DNA of 64,000 nucleotides, taken from NCBI RefSeq assembly GCF_009909105.1, contig NZ_JAAAPK010000002.1:157827-221826 (forward strand). Reading direction: 5' to 3'. Made by a program: the position numbers and the translations under genes. The stretch is from Corallococcus exiguus. Its GTDB lineage: Bacteria > Myxococcota > Myxococcia > Myxococcales > Myxococcaceae. How positions within the stretch are numbered: the stretch's first letter is position 1; the number at the start of each line of letters is the position of its first letter. The notes beneath the pieces were generated by a model. The model had not been told where the DNA came from. It saw nothing but the letters and a program-made list of their open reading frames with translations, and did no database searches. Shown piece by piece: positions 1 to 8,379 of this stretch.

Positions 1-267
1 CGCGACCTTCTTTCCCCGGCGAATCACCCACGCGATCCCCAGCGTGAAGCCCACCAGGAGCAGCAGCGCCAGCACATACCCCGCCCCCATGCCCACCAGG
101 AGCAGCAGCGCGGAGGCGGCTTCCGCCAGGATCAACGTGGCCGCCAGCGGCGCCCCAGCCAGGGCGCGCGGAAGACCAAAGCTCTTGAGTGTCTGGATGA
201 AATCTTCAAAAGGTTTGCGTCCGCGCGCCTTTCCCAACGCGGCGAGCGCGAACACCATGGCCAGCAT
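1..267 (-). CDS. Partial CDS (N-terminal ~89 aa; gene runs off window start): DoxX/MauE-like polytopic membrane protein
   Basis: Own translation of the reverse strand from ATG at 267-265 with an in-frame TAG just upstream: MLAMVFALAALGKARGRKPFEDFIQTLKSFGLPRALAGAPLAATLILAEAASALLLLVGMGAGYVLALLLLVGFTLGIAWVIRRGKKVA. It is open to position 1, and two hydrophobic helices with a central loop resemble the DoxX family. It is absent from the ORF track because there is no stop in the window. Confidence 0.4.
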   Translation of the reverse strand, partial: MLAMVFALAALGKARGRKPFEDFIQTLKSFGLPRALAGAPLAATLILAEAASALLLLVGMGAGYVLALLLLVGFTLGIAWVIRRGKKVA

Positions 268-366
268 CAGTCGACAGCCTAGATTGACCGCGTTCAACGG
301 AAGCCCTCGCGAAAACCACGGCTGGACGTGAATGGCTCACGTCCAGCCGCGGCCGTGAATCAGGAA

Positions 367-522
367 TCAGCAGACAGTGGACTTGACGCAGGGCCCGGTG
401 CAGCTGTGGGACATCCGCTTGGCGGAACAGCACTCGCCGTGGTTCGGAACACAGGCACCTGCGGGAAGCTCGGACAGGAACAACTTCAGGAAGCGGTCAC
501 TCAACGCCTTGAGGATCTTCAT
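367..522 (-). CDS. 51-aa leader-plus-Cys-rich-core peptide (candidate bacteriocin/RiPP-like precursor)
   Basis: Internal ATG of track ORF 367..819(-). Translation is MKILKALSDRFLKLFLSELPAGA|CVPNHGECCSAKRMSHSCTGPCVKSTVC. GGAGA sits 5 nt upstream of the ATG. Codon third positions are strongly G/C, consistent with real coding. The N-terminal amphipathic segment has an LSxEL...GA double-glycine-leader-like ending and is followed by a 28-aa core with 6 Cys. It lies 100 bp upstream, on the same strand, of the DoxX-like gene. Confidence 0.45.
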   Translation of the reverse strand: MKILKALSDRFLKLFLSELPAGACVPNHGECCSAKRMSHSCTGPCVKSTVC

Positions 523-812
523 GGTGTCTCCCTTTCGGTCTGCGTCGAGGGGAGTCGTTCCCTCGGCGCGACATTCGGGTAGGAGGAGGGCCAGGTGGGC
601 GCGGACGGAGCCTCGGCTGCAAACGAGGCCCCGTCCGCTGTGCCTCGGCGGCTGCACGTTTATTTCTCCGGCGCGGACCGCGCGGCCGCGTTGCACGCGA
701 GGGTGAGTGCGGCTTCGGATGGGAACGTGACCGTCACCCTCCAGCCGGGGCAGGCCAGCTACACGGACACCACGCGCAGGCGGACAGGGATTGCCTCCGG
801 GGAATTCGGGTT

Positions 813-1925
813 GTGGCAACTCCGGTCACATTTCGTCCCGCTTTGCGAGAGGATGTTCTTGGGAGGTCTACGACACCTTGTTCGTGTTCCGGAGTCCATG
901 TGACAGTCTCCGCGCGGCGGCTCACGCCGCTGAACCCAAACCATGGAGCTTTGGACATGCGTCTCCCCAGTGCAACGCCTGAGGTGAAGTCCAAGCAGAA
1001 CGGGACCGATCTTCTGCGGCGACTCATCGCCGGGGAGCCGGTGCCGGACGTCTACCCCCTGGGAAGCCTTCGGCACGGCGGCCACAACCTCTTCGTCAAG
1101 AAGGAGAAGACGGAGGAGGAGCTCGCCAAGGAGAAGCTGGCGAAGGAGAAGAGGGAGGCGGAGGCCGCGGCGCTCGAGTTGGCGAAGGCGAAGCTCAAGC
1201 AGGGCCTCATCGCGCAGGGGACACAGCAGGTCCAGGGGTTCGTCGCGGCGTTCCTGCAGAAGCTGGCGGGGCCGCGGCTGGCGGTGTTTCGCGAGGGCAC
1301 AAAGGATGGCCACAAGCACGAGCGGGGGTACCAGAGCTGGGGCAGCGGCACCTCCAGCCTGGGGAGCGTCTATGAGTTCACCTCCGCCGCGAAACCGCTC
1401 GAGGACTACTTCCGCAAGGTCTTCATTGCGATGAAGAACTCCCTGGAGGGGGCCCAGGGGCTCCCGTACCCGTTCCAGATCCGGCTGAGCAAGTATGACA
1501 CCCAGCACGCGCACCTCTTCTACAACCCGGTGCTCGACGAGATGGGTCTCATCTTCCACTCCAAGGAGTATCCGAAGGACATCCCGAGCCTGAGCGACCC
1601 GGGCAAGGCAGGGGACACCTACAACGACTGCGAGGTGCGGGATTCCACCAAACAGCGGTATGCGGAGACCTTCTACGGCCGCAACCTGCTCTGGCTCCAC
1701 AGCACCCAGTCCCTCTACATGCTGGACGGAGCGCCAGACAGCAGCATCTTCAAGGACCTGATCTGGGTCGGCTGGATCGCCGACATGTTCCTCGAGGACG
1801 GTATCCGTGACAGTGACCAGCTCTTCGGCCAGTTCGCCTACAAGGTTGACCAGAGCCTGTTTGGCGTGACGTGGCTCCATATCAACTTCTTTGACTACAA
1901 CATGTTCGTGGGCGTCGCGGCGTAA
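813..1925 (+). CDS. Hypothetical protein with Lys/Glu-rich coiled-coil N-region (alternative start ATG 957)
   Basis: Track ORF of 370 aa containing a KEKLAKEKREAEAAALELAKAKLK repeat segment. No recognisable catalytic motif. Local GC is somewhat lower than the flanks. It is divergent from the Cys-peptide gene. Confidence 0.5.
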   Translation: MATPVTFRPALREDVLGRSTTPCSCSGVHVTVSARRLTPLNPNHGALDMRLPSATPEVKSKQNGTDLLRRLIAGEPVPDVYPLGSLRHGGHNLFVKKEKTEEELAKEKLAKEKREAEAAALELAKAKLKQGLIAQGTQQVQGFVAAFLQKLAGPRLAVFREGTKDGHKHERGYQSWGSGTSSLGSVYEFTSAAKPLEDYFRKVFIAMKNSLEGAQGLPYPFQIRLSKYDTQHAHLFYNPVLDEMGLIFHSKEYPKDIPSLSDPGKAGDTYNDCEVRDSTKQRYAETFYGRNLLWLHSTQSLYMLDGAPDSSIFKDLIWVGWIADMFLEDGIRDSDQLFGQFAYKVDQSLFGVTWLHINFFDYNMFVGVAA

Positions 1926-2274
1926 CCGGGTGCCGCCAAGCGGCGACCCGCCAACGACTGTTGCTTGCGCGTGGGGTCGTCGCTCGTCCCGAGGTGGGTC
2001 ACGCAGACCTTGTCGCTCTGGGAACCCGCTGGAAGGCCCAGAGCCTGAACATACGCACACAATGGGCGCGCGGCCTGGGGTGGCGTGTAACCCAACGGGG
2101 CTCCAGTGACCTGTCCACCGGCCGGGAGCATTGCTTGGGCGGTCCCTCCGCACCCTCCTTCCTCTTCAACAGGGCCCTGTCCCTTTTGTGCGTTTCACGG
2201 GAAGTGGGGCATTGTGACTGACTGAAACAAGCCAGTGGGGGGCGCGGCGACAGCCTCCATTCAATGGGAAATTC

Positions 2275-5200
2275 ATGCACGCAATGAGAGCCAGCAGGGT
2301 TCTGCTGTTGGGATTGGTATGTGTTGCCTTGAGCTGTAGCAGCAAGGCGCCGGAAGACAAGCCGTTGGCCCGCAGTGCTTCTCCATTGGTGGAGGAGTGG
2401 ACGGCCACCGGCACCATGGCTGAGTCGCGCAAGTACCACGCAGGCGTGGTGCTGCCGACGGGCAAGGTGCTGGTGATGGGCGGCTACAACGTCAGCGGCT
2501 ACTTGTCCTCCTCCACCGTTTATGACCCTGCGACAGGCACCTGGACGGCCGCCGCCCCCATGCCGGCGCCTCGGCAGGTGCTCACCGCCACGCTGTTGAG
2601 TTCAGGCAAGGTGCTCGTGGCGGGCGGCGAGAACGCGACGGGCCGCCTGGCTTCCACGGCGGTCTATGACCCCGCCACCAACACGTGGGCTTCCGCAGGG
2701 AGTCTTGCCTCGGGTGTGGCTCGCGATTCCCTGACGGCGACGCTGCTGCCTTCGGGCAAGGTGCTGGTCGCGGGCGGAGGCAACACCAGCGGCGCCAAGG
2801 TCAATGTGGATGTGTATGACCCGGTGGCGGGAACCTGGAGCGTGGGCCCGAATCTGGGAACGGCGCGGCGCAATCACACGGCAACGCTGCTGACGACGGG
2901 GCAGGTGTTGGTGGTGGGAGGCGTCGTGAGCGCGAGTCTGGCGACGGCGGAGGTGTATGACCCGACGAGCAATGCCTGGGCGGCGACGGGAGCGCTGGCG
3001 ACGGCGCGCTACAACCATACGGCGACGCGGTTGCCCTCGGGCAAGGTGCTGGTGGTGGGCGGGCGTGGCAGCGGTGTGGGGGTGGTGGGGACGGCGGAGC
3101 TCTACGACCCGAGCGCGGGGACGTGGAGCGCGACGGGCGCGCTGGGGAGTGCGCGGGAGCTGCACACGGCGACGCTGCTGAGCACGGGGAAGGTGCTGGT
3201 GGCGGGAGGTCAGAATGGGAGCGCGTTGAGCAGCGCGGAGCTGTACGACGAGGCCAGCGGGACGTGGAGCGCGACGACGCCGATGGGAGGCGCGAGGTAC
3301 GTGCACGTGGCGGCACCGCTGGAGGGGAAGATTTTGGTGGTGGGAGGAACCGGGAGCGCGAGCCTGGCGACGGCGGAGGTGTATGGGTATGACGCATGCG
3401 CCGGGGTGATCTGCAACAGCGCGCCGGGGTCGTGCCACGAGGCAGCGGGCACGTGTAGCAATGGGGTGTGCAGCTACGCACCGAAGGCTTCGGGCGCGGC
3501 CTGTGATGACGGGAATGCCTGTACCGGAACGGACGCGTGCAACGGCGCGGGTGTTTGCGCGGGAAGCGCCACCCACTGCGACAGCCCGCCCGGGCAGTGC
3601 TACGAGGCGGCGGGCGCATGCAGCAACGGGACGTGCTCCTACACGTACAAGGCGGCCGGCGCGGGGTGTGATGACGGGGATGCATGCACGGTGGGTGAGA
3701 CGTGTAACGGGAACGGAGGGTGCGCGGGGACGCCGGTGAGCTGCACCAGTCCGCCCGGGCAGTGCTACGAGGCGGCTGGCACGTGCAGCGCTGGAGCGTG
3801 CACCTATGCGCCGAAGGCCGCGGGCACCGCCTGCAATGATGGCAACGGGGGGACCCTCAACGACGTGTGCAGCGGGACGGGGGCGTGCGCGGGAGTGCCG
3901 GCGTGCACGACGCCTCCGAGCGCATGCCATGACTCCCCGGGCACCTACGCCAACGGGGCCTGTACGTACCCGGTGAAGGCGGCTGGGACGGCATGCGGCG
4001 CCGGTCAGGTGTGCAACACGACGGGACAGTGCCTGAGCGGGTGCTGGATTGGAGGGGCGTACTACGCGGCGGGGACCACCCACCCCAGCGTGGCCTGCCA
4101 GGAGTGCAACCCGGGCATGACGACGAGCGGTTGGAGCAACAAGGCCGTGGGAAGCACGTGCGCTGCCCCCGCGTACGGAAACTGGGGGAGCTGCGATGGA
4201 TTCAGTGACACGTGCGATGAGTCGGGGAGCCAGTCGCGCACGGTGACGGCGTCTGCCTGCACCAGCAGTGGGGCATGCGCGGGCACGGGCTCGAGCGAGA
4301 CGCAGGCGTGCACGCGAAGCACGGGAGGCACGGCGTGCGGTACGAGCTACGGAGGCTGGGGAAGCTGCGAAGGCTTCAGTGACTTCTGCGACACGACGGG
4401 GACGCAGTCGAGGACGGTGACGGCTTCGACGTGTGGCTCCGGGACGTGCAATGCGTCGAGCAGCAGCACGGAGACGCAGTCGTGTACACGGGCGGCCCCC
4501 AACACGAACTGCGCGGCGCCCAGCTACGGGGCGTGGGGCGCGTGCAGCTTCAGCGATGCCTGTGCGCAGACGGGGACGCAGTCAAGGACGGTGACGAGCT
4601 ACGGCTACAGCTGCGCCAGTGGGCAGTGCGTGGCGTCCACGAGTACGGAGACGCAGGCGTGCTCGCGCAACACGAATGGCGCCAGCTGCGGTGCTCCCAG
4701 CTACGGAAGCTGGGAAAGCTGTGGTGGCTATAGCGATACCTGCGACCAGACGGGAACGCAGTCACGCTCCGTCACTTCGTACACCTGCTCCAACGGGACG
4801 TGCGGTTCCTCCTCTAACTCGGAGTCGCAGGCATGCTCGCGAAACACGGAGGGTACGTATTGCGGTACCACCGCCGGCGGTTGGGGAAGCTGCGGAGGAT
4901 TCAGTGACTACTGCGACGCGTCAGGGTCACAGTCGAGGACCGTGACGGACTACGCGTGCGGAGGTGGATCGTGCAACCCTTCGAGTAGCAACCCTGAGTC
5001 GCGGACGTGCACACGGACGGCACCCGGTCCACAGTCCTGCCAGGCTGGCTCCGAGAGTTGGGGCAGCTGCGGCGGGTTCAGCGACTTCTGCGATTCGACG
5101 GGTACCCGTTCGCACACCGTGACCAGCTATAGCTACAGCTGTTCCACCGGACAGTGTGTGTCCTCGACCTCGACGGGTTCGGAGTCGTGCTCGCGGACTG

Positions 5201-5706
5201 CCCCCGGTCCCCAGCCGTGCCCTTCGAGCTATGGGAGCTGGAGCGCCTGTGGTGGATTCAGCAGTGCATGCGACGCGACGGGCACGCAGTCTCGCCAGGT
5301 GACTCACTACACCTATAACTGCTCGACGGGACAGTGTACGCCAACCTCCAGCAGCTCGGAGACCCAGGCGTGTACGCGGAATCCCGGTCCGGATGCGTGC
5401 GGGGCGCCAGTCGTCGGGCCGTGGGGCACGTGCAACATGGTCACCCCCTGTGGGCAGGGGCTCCAGACAAGGAATGTGACGAGTTACAGCTGCTCAAGTG
5501 ATGCATGCGTGTCGTCCACGACCACGCAGACGCAGGACTGTTCAGTCCCCGCGATTCCGGGTTGGACGCTGTGCGGCGATGGCTCGTGCTCGACCCTGGA
5601 GAACAACAACAATAATTGTGGCGCTTGTGGGAATGCCTGTACGGGCCCCAAGTACAATGTGTGCATGGGCGGGGCCTGCTGCAATTCGCCGACCAATTGT
5701 TTGTAG
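2275..5706 (+). CDS. Large secreted lipoprotein: Kelch beta-propeller, 4 Cys-rich repeats and 8 thrombospondin-type-1-like repeats
   Basis: Track ORF of 1143 aa. The N-terminus MHAMRASRVLLLGLVCVALSC has a lipobox (LSC). Seven Kelch motifs are present (GKVLVxGG ... VYDPxxxTW ... R..HTATLL). Four ~53-aa repeats follow (C..PPGQCYEAAGxCSxGxCxYxxKAAGxxCxDGxxCT...C.G.G.CAG). Eight ~59-aa repeats follow (C.APSYGxWGxCxGFSDxCDxTGTQSRTVTSY.C..G.C..S...ETQxC.R). The C-terminus has a poly-N/Cys-rich tail. Confidence 0.85.
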   Translation: MHAMRASRVLLLGLVCVALSCSSKAPEDKPLARSASPLVEEWTATGTMAESRKYHAGVVLPTGKVLVMGGYNVSGYLSSSTVYDPATGTWTAAAPMPAPRQVLTATLLSSGKVLVAGGENATGRLASTAVYDPATNTWASAGSLASGVARDSLTATLLPSGKVLVAGGGNTSGAKVNVDVYDPVAGTWSVGPNLGTARRNHTATLLTTGQVLVVGGVVSASLATAEVYDPTSNAWAATGALATARYNHTATRLPSGKVLVVGGRGSGVGVVGTAELYDPSAGTWSATGALGSARELHTATLLSTGKVLVAGGQNGSALSSAELYDEASGTWSATTPMGGARYVHVAAPLEGKILVVGGTGSASLATAEVYGYDACAGVICNSAPGSCHEAAGTCSNGVCSYAPKASGAACDDGNACTGTDACNGAGVCAGSATHCDSPPGQCYEAAGACSNGTCSYTYKAAGAGCDDGDACTVGETCNGNGGCAGTPVSCTSPPGQCYEAAGTCSAGACTYAPKAAGTACNDGNGGTLNDVCSGTGACAGVPACTTPPSACHDSPGTYANGACTYPVKAAGTACGAGQVCNTTGQCLSGCWIGGAYYAAGTTHPSVACQECNPGMTTSGWSNKAVGSTCAAPAYGNWGSCDGFSDTCDESGSQSRTVTASACTSSGACAGTGSSETQACTRSTGGTACGTSYGGWGSCEGFSDFCDTTGTQSRTVTASTCGSGTCNASSSSTETQSCTRAAPNTNCAAPSYGAWGACSFSDACAQTGTQSRTVTSYGYSCASGQCVASTSTETQACSRNTNGASCGAPSYGSWESCGGYSDTCDQTGTQSRSVTSYTCSNGTCGSSSNSESQACSRNTEGTYCGTTAGGWGSCGGFSDYCDASGSQSRTVTDYACGGGSCNPSSSNPESRTCTRTAPGPQSCQAGSESWGSCGGFSDFCDSTGTRSHTVTSYSYSCSTGQCVSSTSTGSESCSRTAPGPQPCPSSYGSWSACGGFSSACDATGTQSRQVTHYTYNCSTGQCTPTSSSSETQACTRNPGPDACGAPVVGPWGTCNMVTPCGQGLQTRNVTSYSCSSDACVSSTTTQTQDCSVPAIPGWTLCGDGSCSTLENNNNNCGACGNACTGPKYNVCMGGACCNSPTNCL
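4158..5574 (+). repeat. Eight tandem ~177-bp coding repeats (TSP1-like modules) inside the Kelch lipoprotein gene
   Basis: The ~59-aa unit recurs 8 times in the translated protein with conserved W, C, C, GTQSRTVT, C and ETQxCxR positions. The periodicity is also present at the DNA level. Confidence 0.6.
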
Positions 5707-5747
5707 GTCCGCTCTCTTCAGCATGAGGAGCGGTGGCTGTCGGTGAA

Positions 5748-5784
5748 CCCACGCGGAGAGACTTCACCCGTCTCTCCGCGTGGG
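5748..5784. terminator. Bidirectional terminator hairpin between convergent genes
   Basis: Perfect inverted repeat CCCACGCGGAGAGAC-ttcaccc-GTCTCTCCGCGTGGG (15-bp stem). It lies between the stop of the Kelch gene (5706) and the stop of the minus-strand lipoprotein gene (5809). Confidence 0.5.
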
Positions 5785-5808
5785 AGCCCGCGGCCTGATG
5801 CGGCGCGG

Positions 5809-6201
5809 CTAGTAATTGAGCCAGCGGTAGCCCGTGGTCGCCGAGCCCGAGCACAGCAGGGAGTTCGGCTTCTGGGTCGTGGCGTTGCAGCAGTCCTTCG
5901 TGGCGTTCGGGGTCGTGCACCGCTGGTTCACGTACTGGCTGCATGACGGCAGCCCGCTGCACGATGCCGGACACGCGGTCGACACGCCGTCGCACGTCAC
6001 GCCCTGGTTGTTCGTCGACGTGCAGGTGGTCCCCGTACAGGAAACCGACGTTCCCCCAGCGCAAGTCGCCGTACAGGTGGCGAACTGAGACACCGTCCGC
6101 GCTTCAGCCTCGGGGGCCATCGTGTCTTCGAGGGCCGGGCCGCCGCAGCCCAGGAGGGAAAGGCCAACCCACGTCGCCATCGCTGCAAGAGAGATCTTCA
6201 T
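5809..6201 (-). CDS. Small Cys/Thr-rich secreted lipoprotein (130 aa, 16 Cys)
   Basis: Internal ATG (6201) of track ORF 5809..6264. The N-terminus MKISLAAMATWVGLSLLGCGG has a lipobox (LLGC). The mature part is rich in Cys, Thr and Gly (…CTATCAGGTSVSCTGTTCTSTNNQGVTCDGVSTACPASCSGLPSC…) and ends RWLNY. Confidence 0.55.
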   Translation of the reverse strand: MKISLAAMATWVGLSLLGCGGPALEDTMAPEAEARTVSQFATCTATCAGGTSVSCTGTTCTSTNNQGVTCDGVSTACPASCSGLPSCSQYVNQRCTTPNATKDCCNATTQKPNSLLCSGSATTGYRWLNY

Positions 6202-6496
6202 GAGAAGCCCCTGGAGGTCCTTCGAGTGAGCCTCAAACGCTATCATGGAGACTGCGGAGTCCACCTTGAACCGCGACTGTCAACCATTTCCACGTGCGGC
6301 TCTCATGAGCCTTGCAAGACGATTCTCTGGGAACGCATATCCGCCGACGTAGGCATCTGCTCGTCAAAGGCGTTCATCACCCAGAAGACCTTGTTGAGGT
6401 GGAATGGGGGGCGTCACAGCACGAGCTGTAGTCGAAAGCGCAACCGCCCGGATGACGAGTTGTGGGGACGCTTCGGCCTGTCGGCGCTTCCAGCTG

Positions 6497-6520
6497 TGGA
6501 GGTGGCGGGACTTGAACCCG
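6497..6520 (-). other. tRNA 3'-half-like fragment (T-arm plus acceptor 3' strand); possible relic integrase attachment site
   Basis: The reverse strand reads GCGGG-TTCAAGT-CCCGC-CACCTCC-A. This is a canonical T-stem/T-loop (TTCAAGT) followed by a 7-nt acceptor 3' strand and a discriminator. No complementary 5' acceptor (GGAGGTG) is found within 120 nt. It sits about 5 nt beyond the kinase stop codon. Confidence 0.4.
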
Positions 6521-6524
6521 CTGC

Positions 6525-8255
6525 CTACTCGAACACGCCGATGCCCGGGTCGCTGCCGCCGGGCTTCGTGGGCTTCGTGGGCCGGGGCGTCGGAGCGGCA
6601 CGCACCGGCTCCAACCGCACGCTCACGCGCTGCTCCGCCATGTCCGCGAGCCGGCTGTAGTCCAGGGTCTTCTCCTGGTCCTGATGCCCGGAGAGCTTGA
6701 AGCGCAGCTCGGTGACCTTGGAGCGCGGCATGCGCAGCTTGGTGGGCGTGGTGCCGATCTGCGCATCACCATCGAAGATGGCCGCGCCGGACGGCGAGGA
6801 GGTGAACTCCACCGTCACGTCCTGCGGCAAGGCCGCCGGAGGAGGCGTCGCCGGCGGATCCTGCACCCGCGTGGACGGCGGCGCTTCCACAGGCGCCTTC
6901 GGAGGCGTCATCGCCACGGGGGCCTGCGGCGTCTCACCACCCCCGCGCGCCATCACCACCGCCACGCCCGCGCCAATCAGCAGCAGCGGTACGCCGATGA
7001 TGGCCGCCTTCACACCTCCGGACATGCCCTTGGGCGGCGGCGGAAGCTCCGGCTCCACGTGGCGGGGGGCAGGGGGACGCGGTCTGCTCGAGGCCACCGG
7101 CGCCGGGCTGTTCCCATTGGACGTCGCTCTTGGAGCCGCTGCCTGCGCTCCCGCCGACGTGCCGCCCCGAGGCGGAGCCATGCCCACTCGCGACCCCGTC
7201 TTGCCCGTGGCCGGAGCACGGCCCGCGCGGCTGCCGGAACCCAACCGGCTGCCAGAACCCGCGCGGCTGCGGCTGCCCGTTCCTCGCTCGGCGCCGGGCG
7301 TGCCGCCCGTGGGGTGCGCGTCCAGCTCCTCGGGGGACAGGCCCTCCACCGCGTCCAGCAGCGAGTCGATGAACTCCTGCGCGTTCTGGTGCCGGTCCTC
7401 CTTCTCCGGCGCGAGCGCCTTGGTGAAGAAGGCGTCCAGCTCCGGCGGCACCGGCGCGCCCTGGCGCTTGCTGTTCACCGGGGGCACGGGCTGCGTCAGC
7501 GACGCCGTCAGCGCCTTGCGCACCGTGTTCGCGCCGTAGGGCGAGCTGCCCGTGAGGCAGAAATAGAGCACGCCCGCCATCGAGTAGAGGTCGGAGCGCT
7601 GGTCCACGGACTCGCCGCCGGCCTGCTCGGGCGGCATGTACTGCGGGGTGCCCAGCACCTGGCCGGTGGAGGTGAGCTGCTCCTCCTCGTCCTGCTCCAG
7701 GGCCTTCACCAGACCGAAGTCCAGCACCTTGACGAAGTCCTTCCCGTCGAGCGCCTGGACCATGATGTTGTGCGGCTTCAGGTCGCGGTGGACGCAGCCC
7801 TCGTCGTGCGCGTGCGCCAGTCCCAGCGTGGCCTGCTCCAGCAGGTTCACCGCGCGGCGCAGCGTCATGGGCCCTTCGCGCTTCACCAGCTCCTTGAGGC
7901 TCTCCCCCTTGAGGAGCTCCATCACGTAGTAGCAGGTGCCGTCCGCGGCCCGGCCGAAGTCGAAGATGGTGATGACGTTCGGGTGGCGCAGGCGGCTGGC
8001 GATCTCCGCCTCGCGGCGGAAGCGCTCGAAGAACTGGGGCGCCGCGGCGAGCGACGGGTTGAGCGTCTTCACGGCTACAGGCCGCTGCACGGACGTCTGC
8101 GTGGCGCGGAACACCATGCCCATGCCGCCCTGGCCCAGGACGCTTTCAATCTTGTAGCGGCCGTCCAGCACCTGGCCCAGGAGCTGGAGGCTCTGCGCTG
8201 AGCACAGGTGATCTTGACCTTCGGTACTACCGCAGTGGGGACAGGGGGCGGCCAT
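6525..8255 (-). CDS. Eukaryotic-like Ser/Thr protein kinase with N-terminal Zn-ribbon, Pro-rich linker, TM segment and extracytoplasmic C-terminal domain
   Basis: Track ORF 6525..8294 (the 8294 start is TTG; ATG at 8255 gives MAAPCPHCG). Kinase subdomains are present: GQGGMGMVFRA ... AVK, HRDLKPHNIMV, DFGLVK, and GTPQYMPPE. A hydrophobic helix AAIIGVPLLLIGAGVAVVM is also present. Confidence 0.9.
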   Translation of the reverse strand: MAAPCPHCGSTEGQDHLCSAQSLQLLGQVLDGRYKIESVLGQGGMGMVFRATQTSVQRPVAVKTLNPSLAAAPQFFERFRREAEIASRLRHPNVITIFDFGRAADGTCYYVMELLKGESLKELVKREGPMTLRRAVNLLEQATLGLAHAHDEGCVHRDLKPHNIMVQALDGKDFVKVLDFGLVKALEQDEEEQLTSTGQVLGTPQYMPPEQAGGESVDQRSDLYSMAGVLYFCLTGSSPYGANTVRKALTASLTQPVPPVNSKRQGAPVPPELDAFFTKALAPEKEDRHQNAQEFIDSLLDAVEGLSPEELDAHPTGGTPGAERGTGSRSRAGSGSRLGSGSRAGRAPATGKTGSRVGMAPPRGGTSAGAQAAAPRATSNGNSPAPVASSRPRPPAPRHVEPELPPPPKGMSGGVKAAIIGVPLLLIGAGVAVVMARGGGETPQAPVAMTPPKAPVEAPPSTRVQDPPATPPPAALPQDVTVEFTSSPSGAAIFDGDAQIGTTPTKLRMPRSKVTELRFKLSGHQDQEKTLDYSRLADMAEQRVSVRLEPVRAAPTPRPTKPTKPGGSDPGIGVFE

Positions 8256-8379
8256 GGGTGCCGGGAGTATAGGCAAGCCCCGCCTTCCGCCCAACCGGGG
8301 AGATGTGCCCCCTGGGCAGTCAAGCAGGCATCAGAACCGTTCCCGAAGGGCTTGCGGGCTGTTATCTCCCCCCTCCGCC

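Noticed and set aside
759-2153. 464-aa ORF on the minus strand overlapping the 813..1925 gene
   Set aside because: Arg/Pro/Leu-rich low-complexity translation typical of a GC-rich antisense shadow frame. It has no motif, and the opposite strand has ordinary codon usage.
2602-4083. 493-aa and 294-aa minus-strand ORFs (2602..4083 and 2801..3685) inside the Kelch lipoprotein gene
   Set aside because: Extreme Arg/Pro/Ala/His composition. They are antisense to a gene with clear Kelch and Cys-repeat periodicity, so they are shadow ORFs.
6226-6660. 144-aa plus-strand ORF covering the tRNA-like fragment region
   Set aside because: It overlaps the kinase C-terminus on the other strand and the tRNA-like hairpin, and has no coding signal. 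It is probably a spurious intergenic ORF.
6684-8201. 505-aa plus-strand ORF (and 6697..7539) antisense to the Ser/Thr kinase gene
   Set aside because: The kinase frame shows all canonical catalytic subdomains. The plus-strand frame is poly-Arg/Gly/Ala noise.
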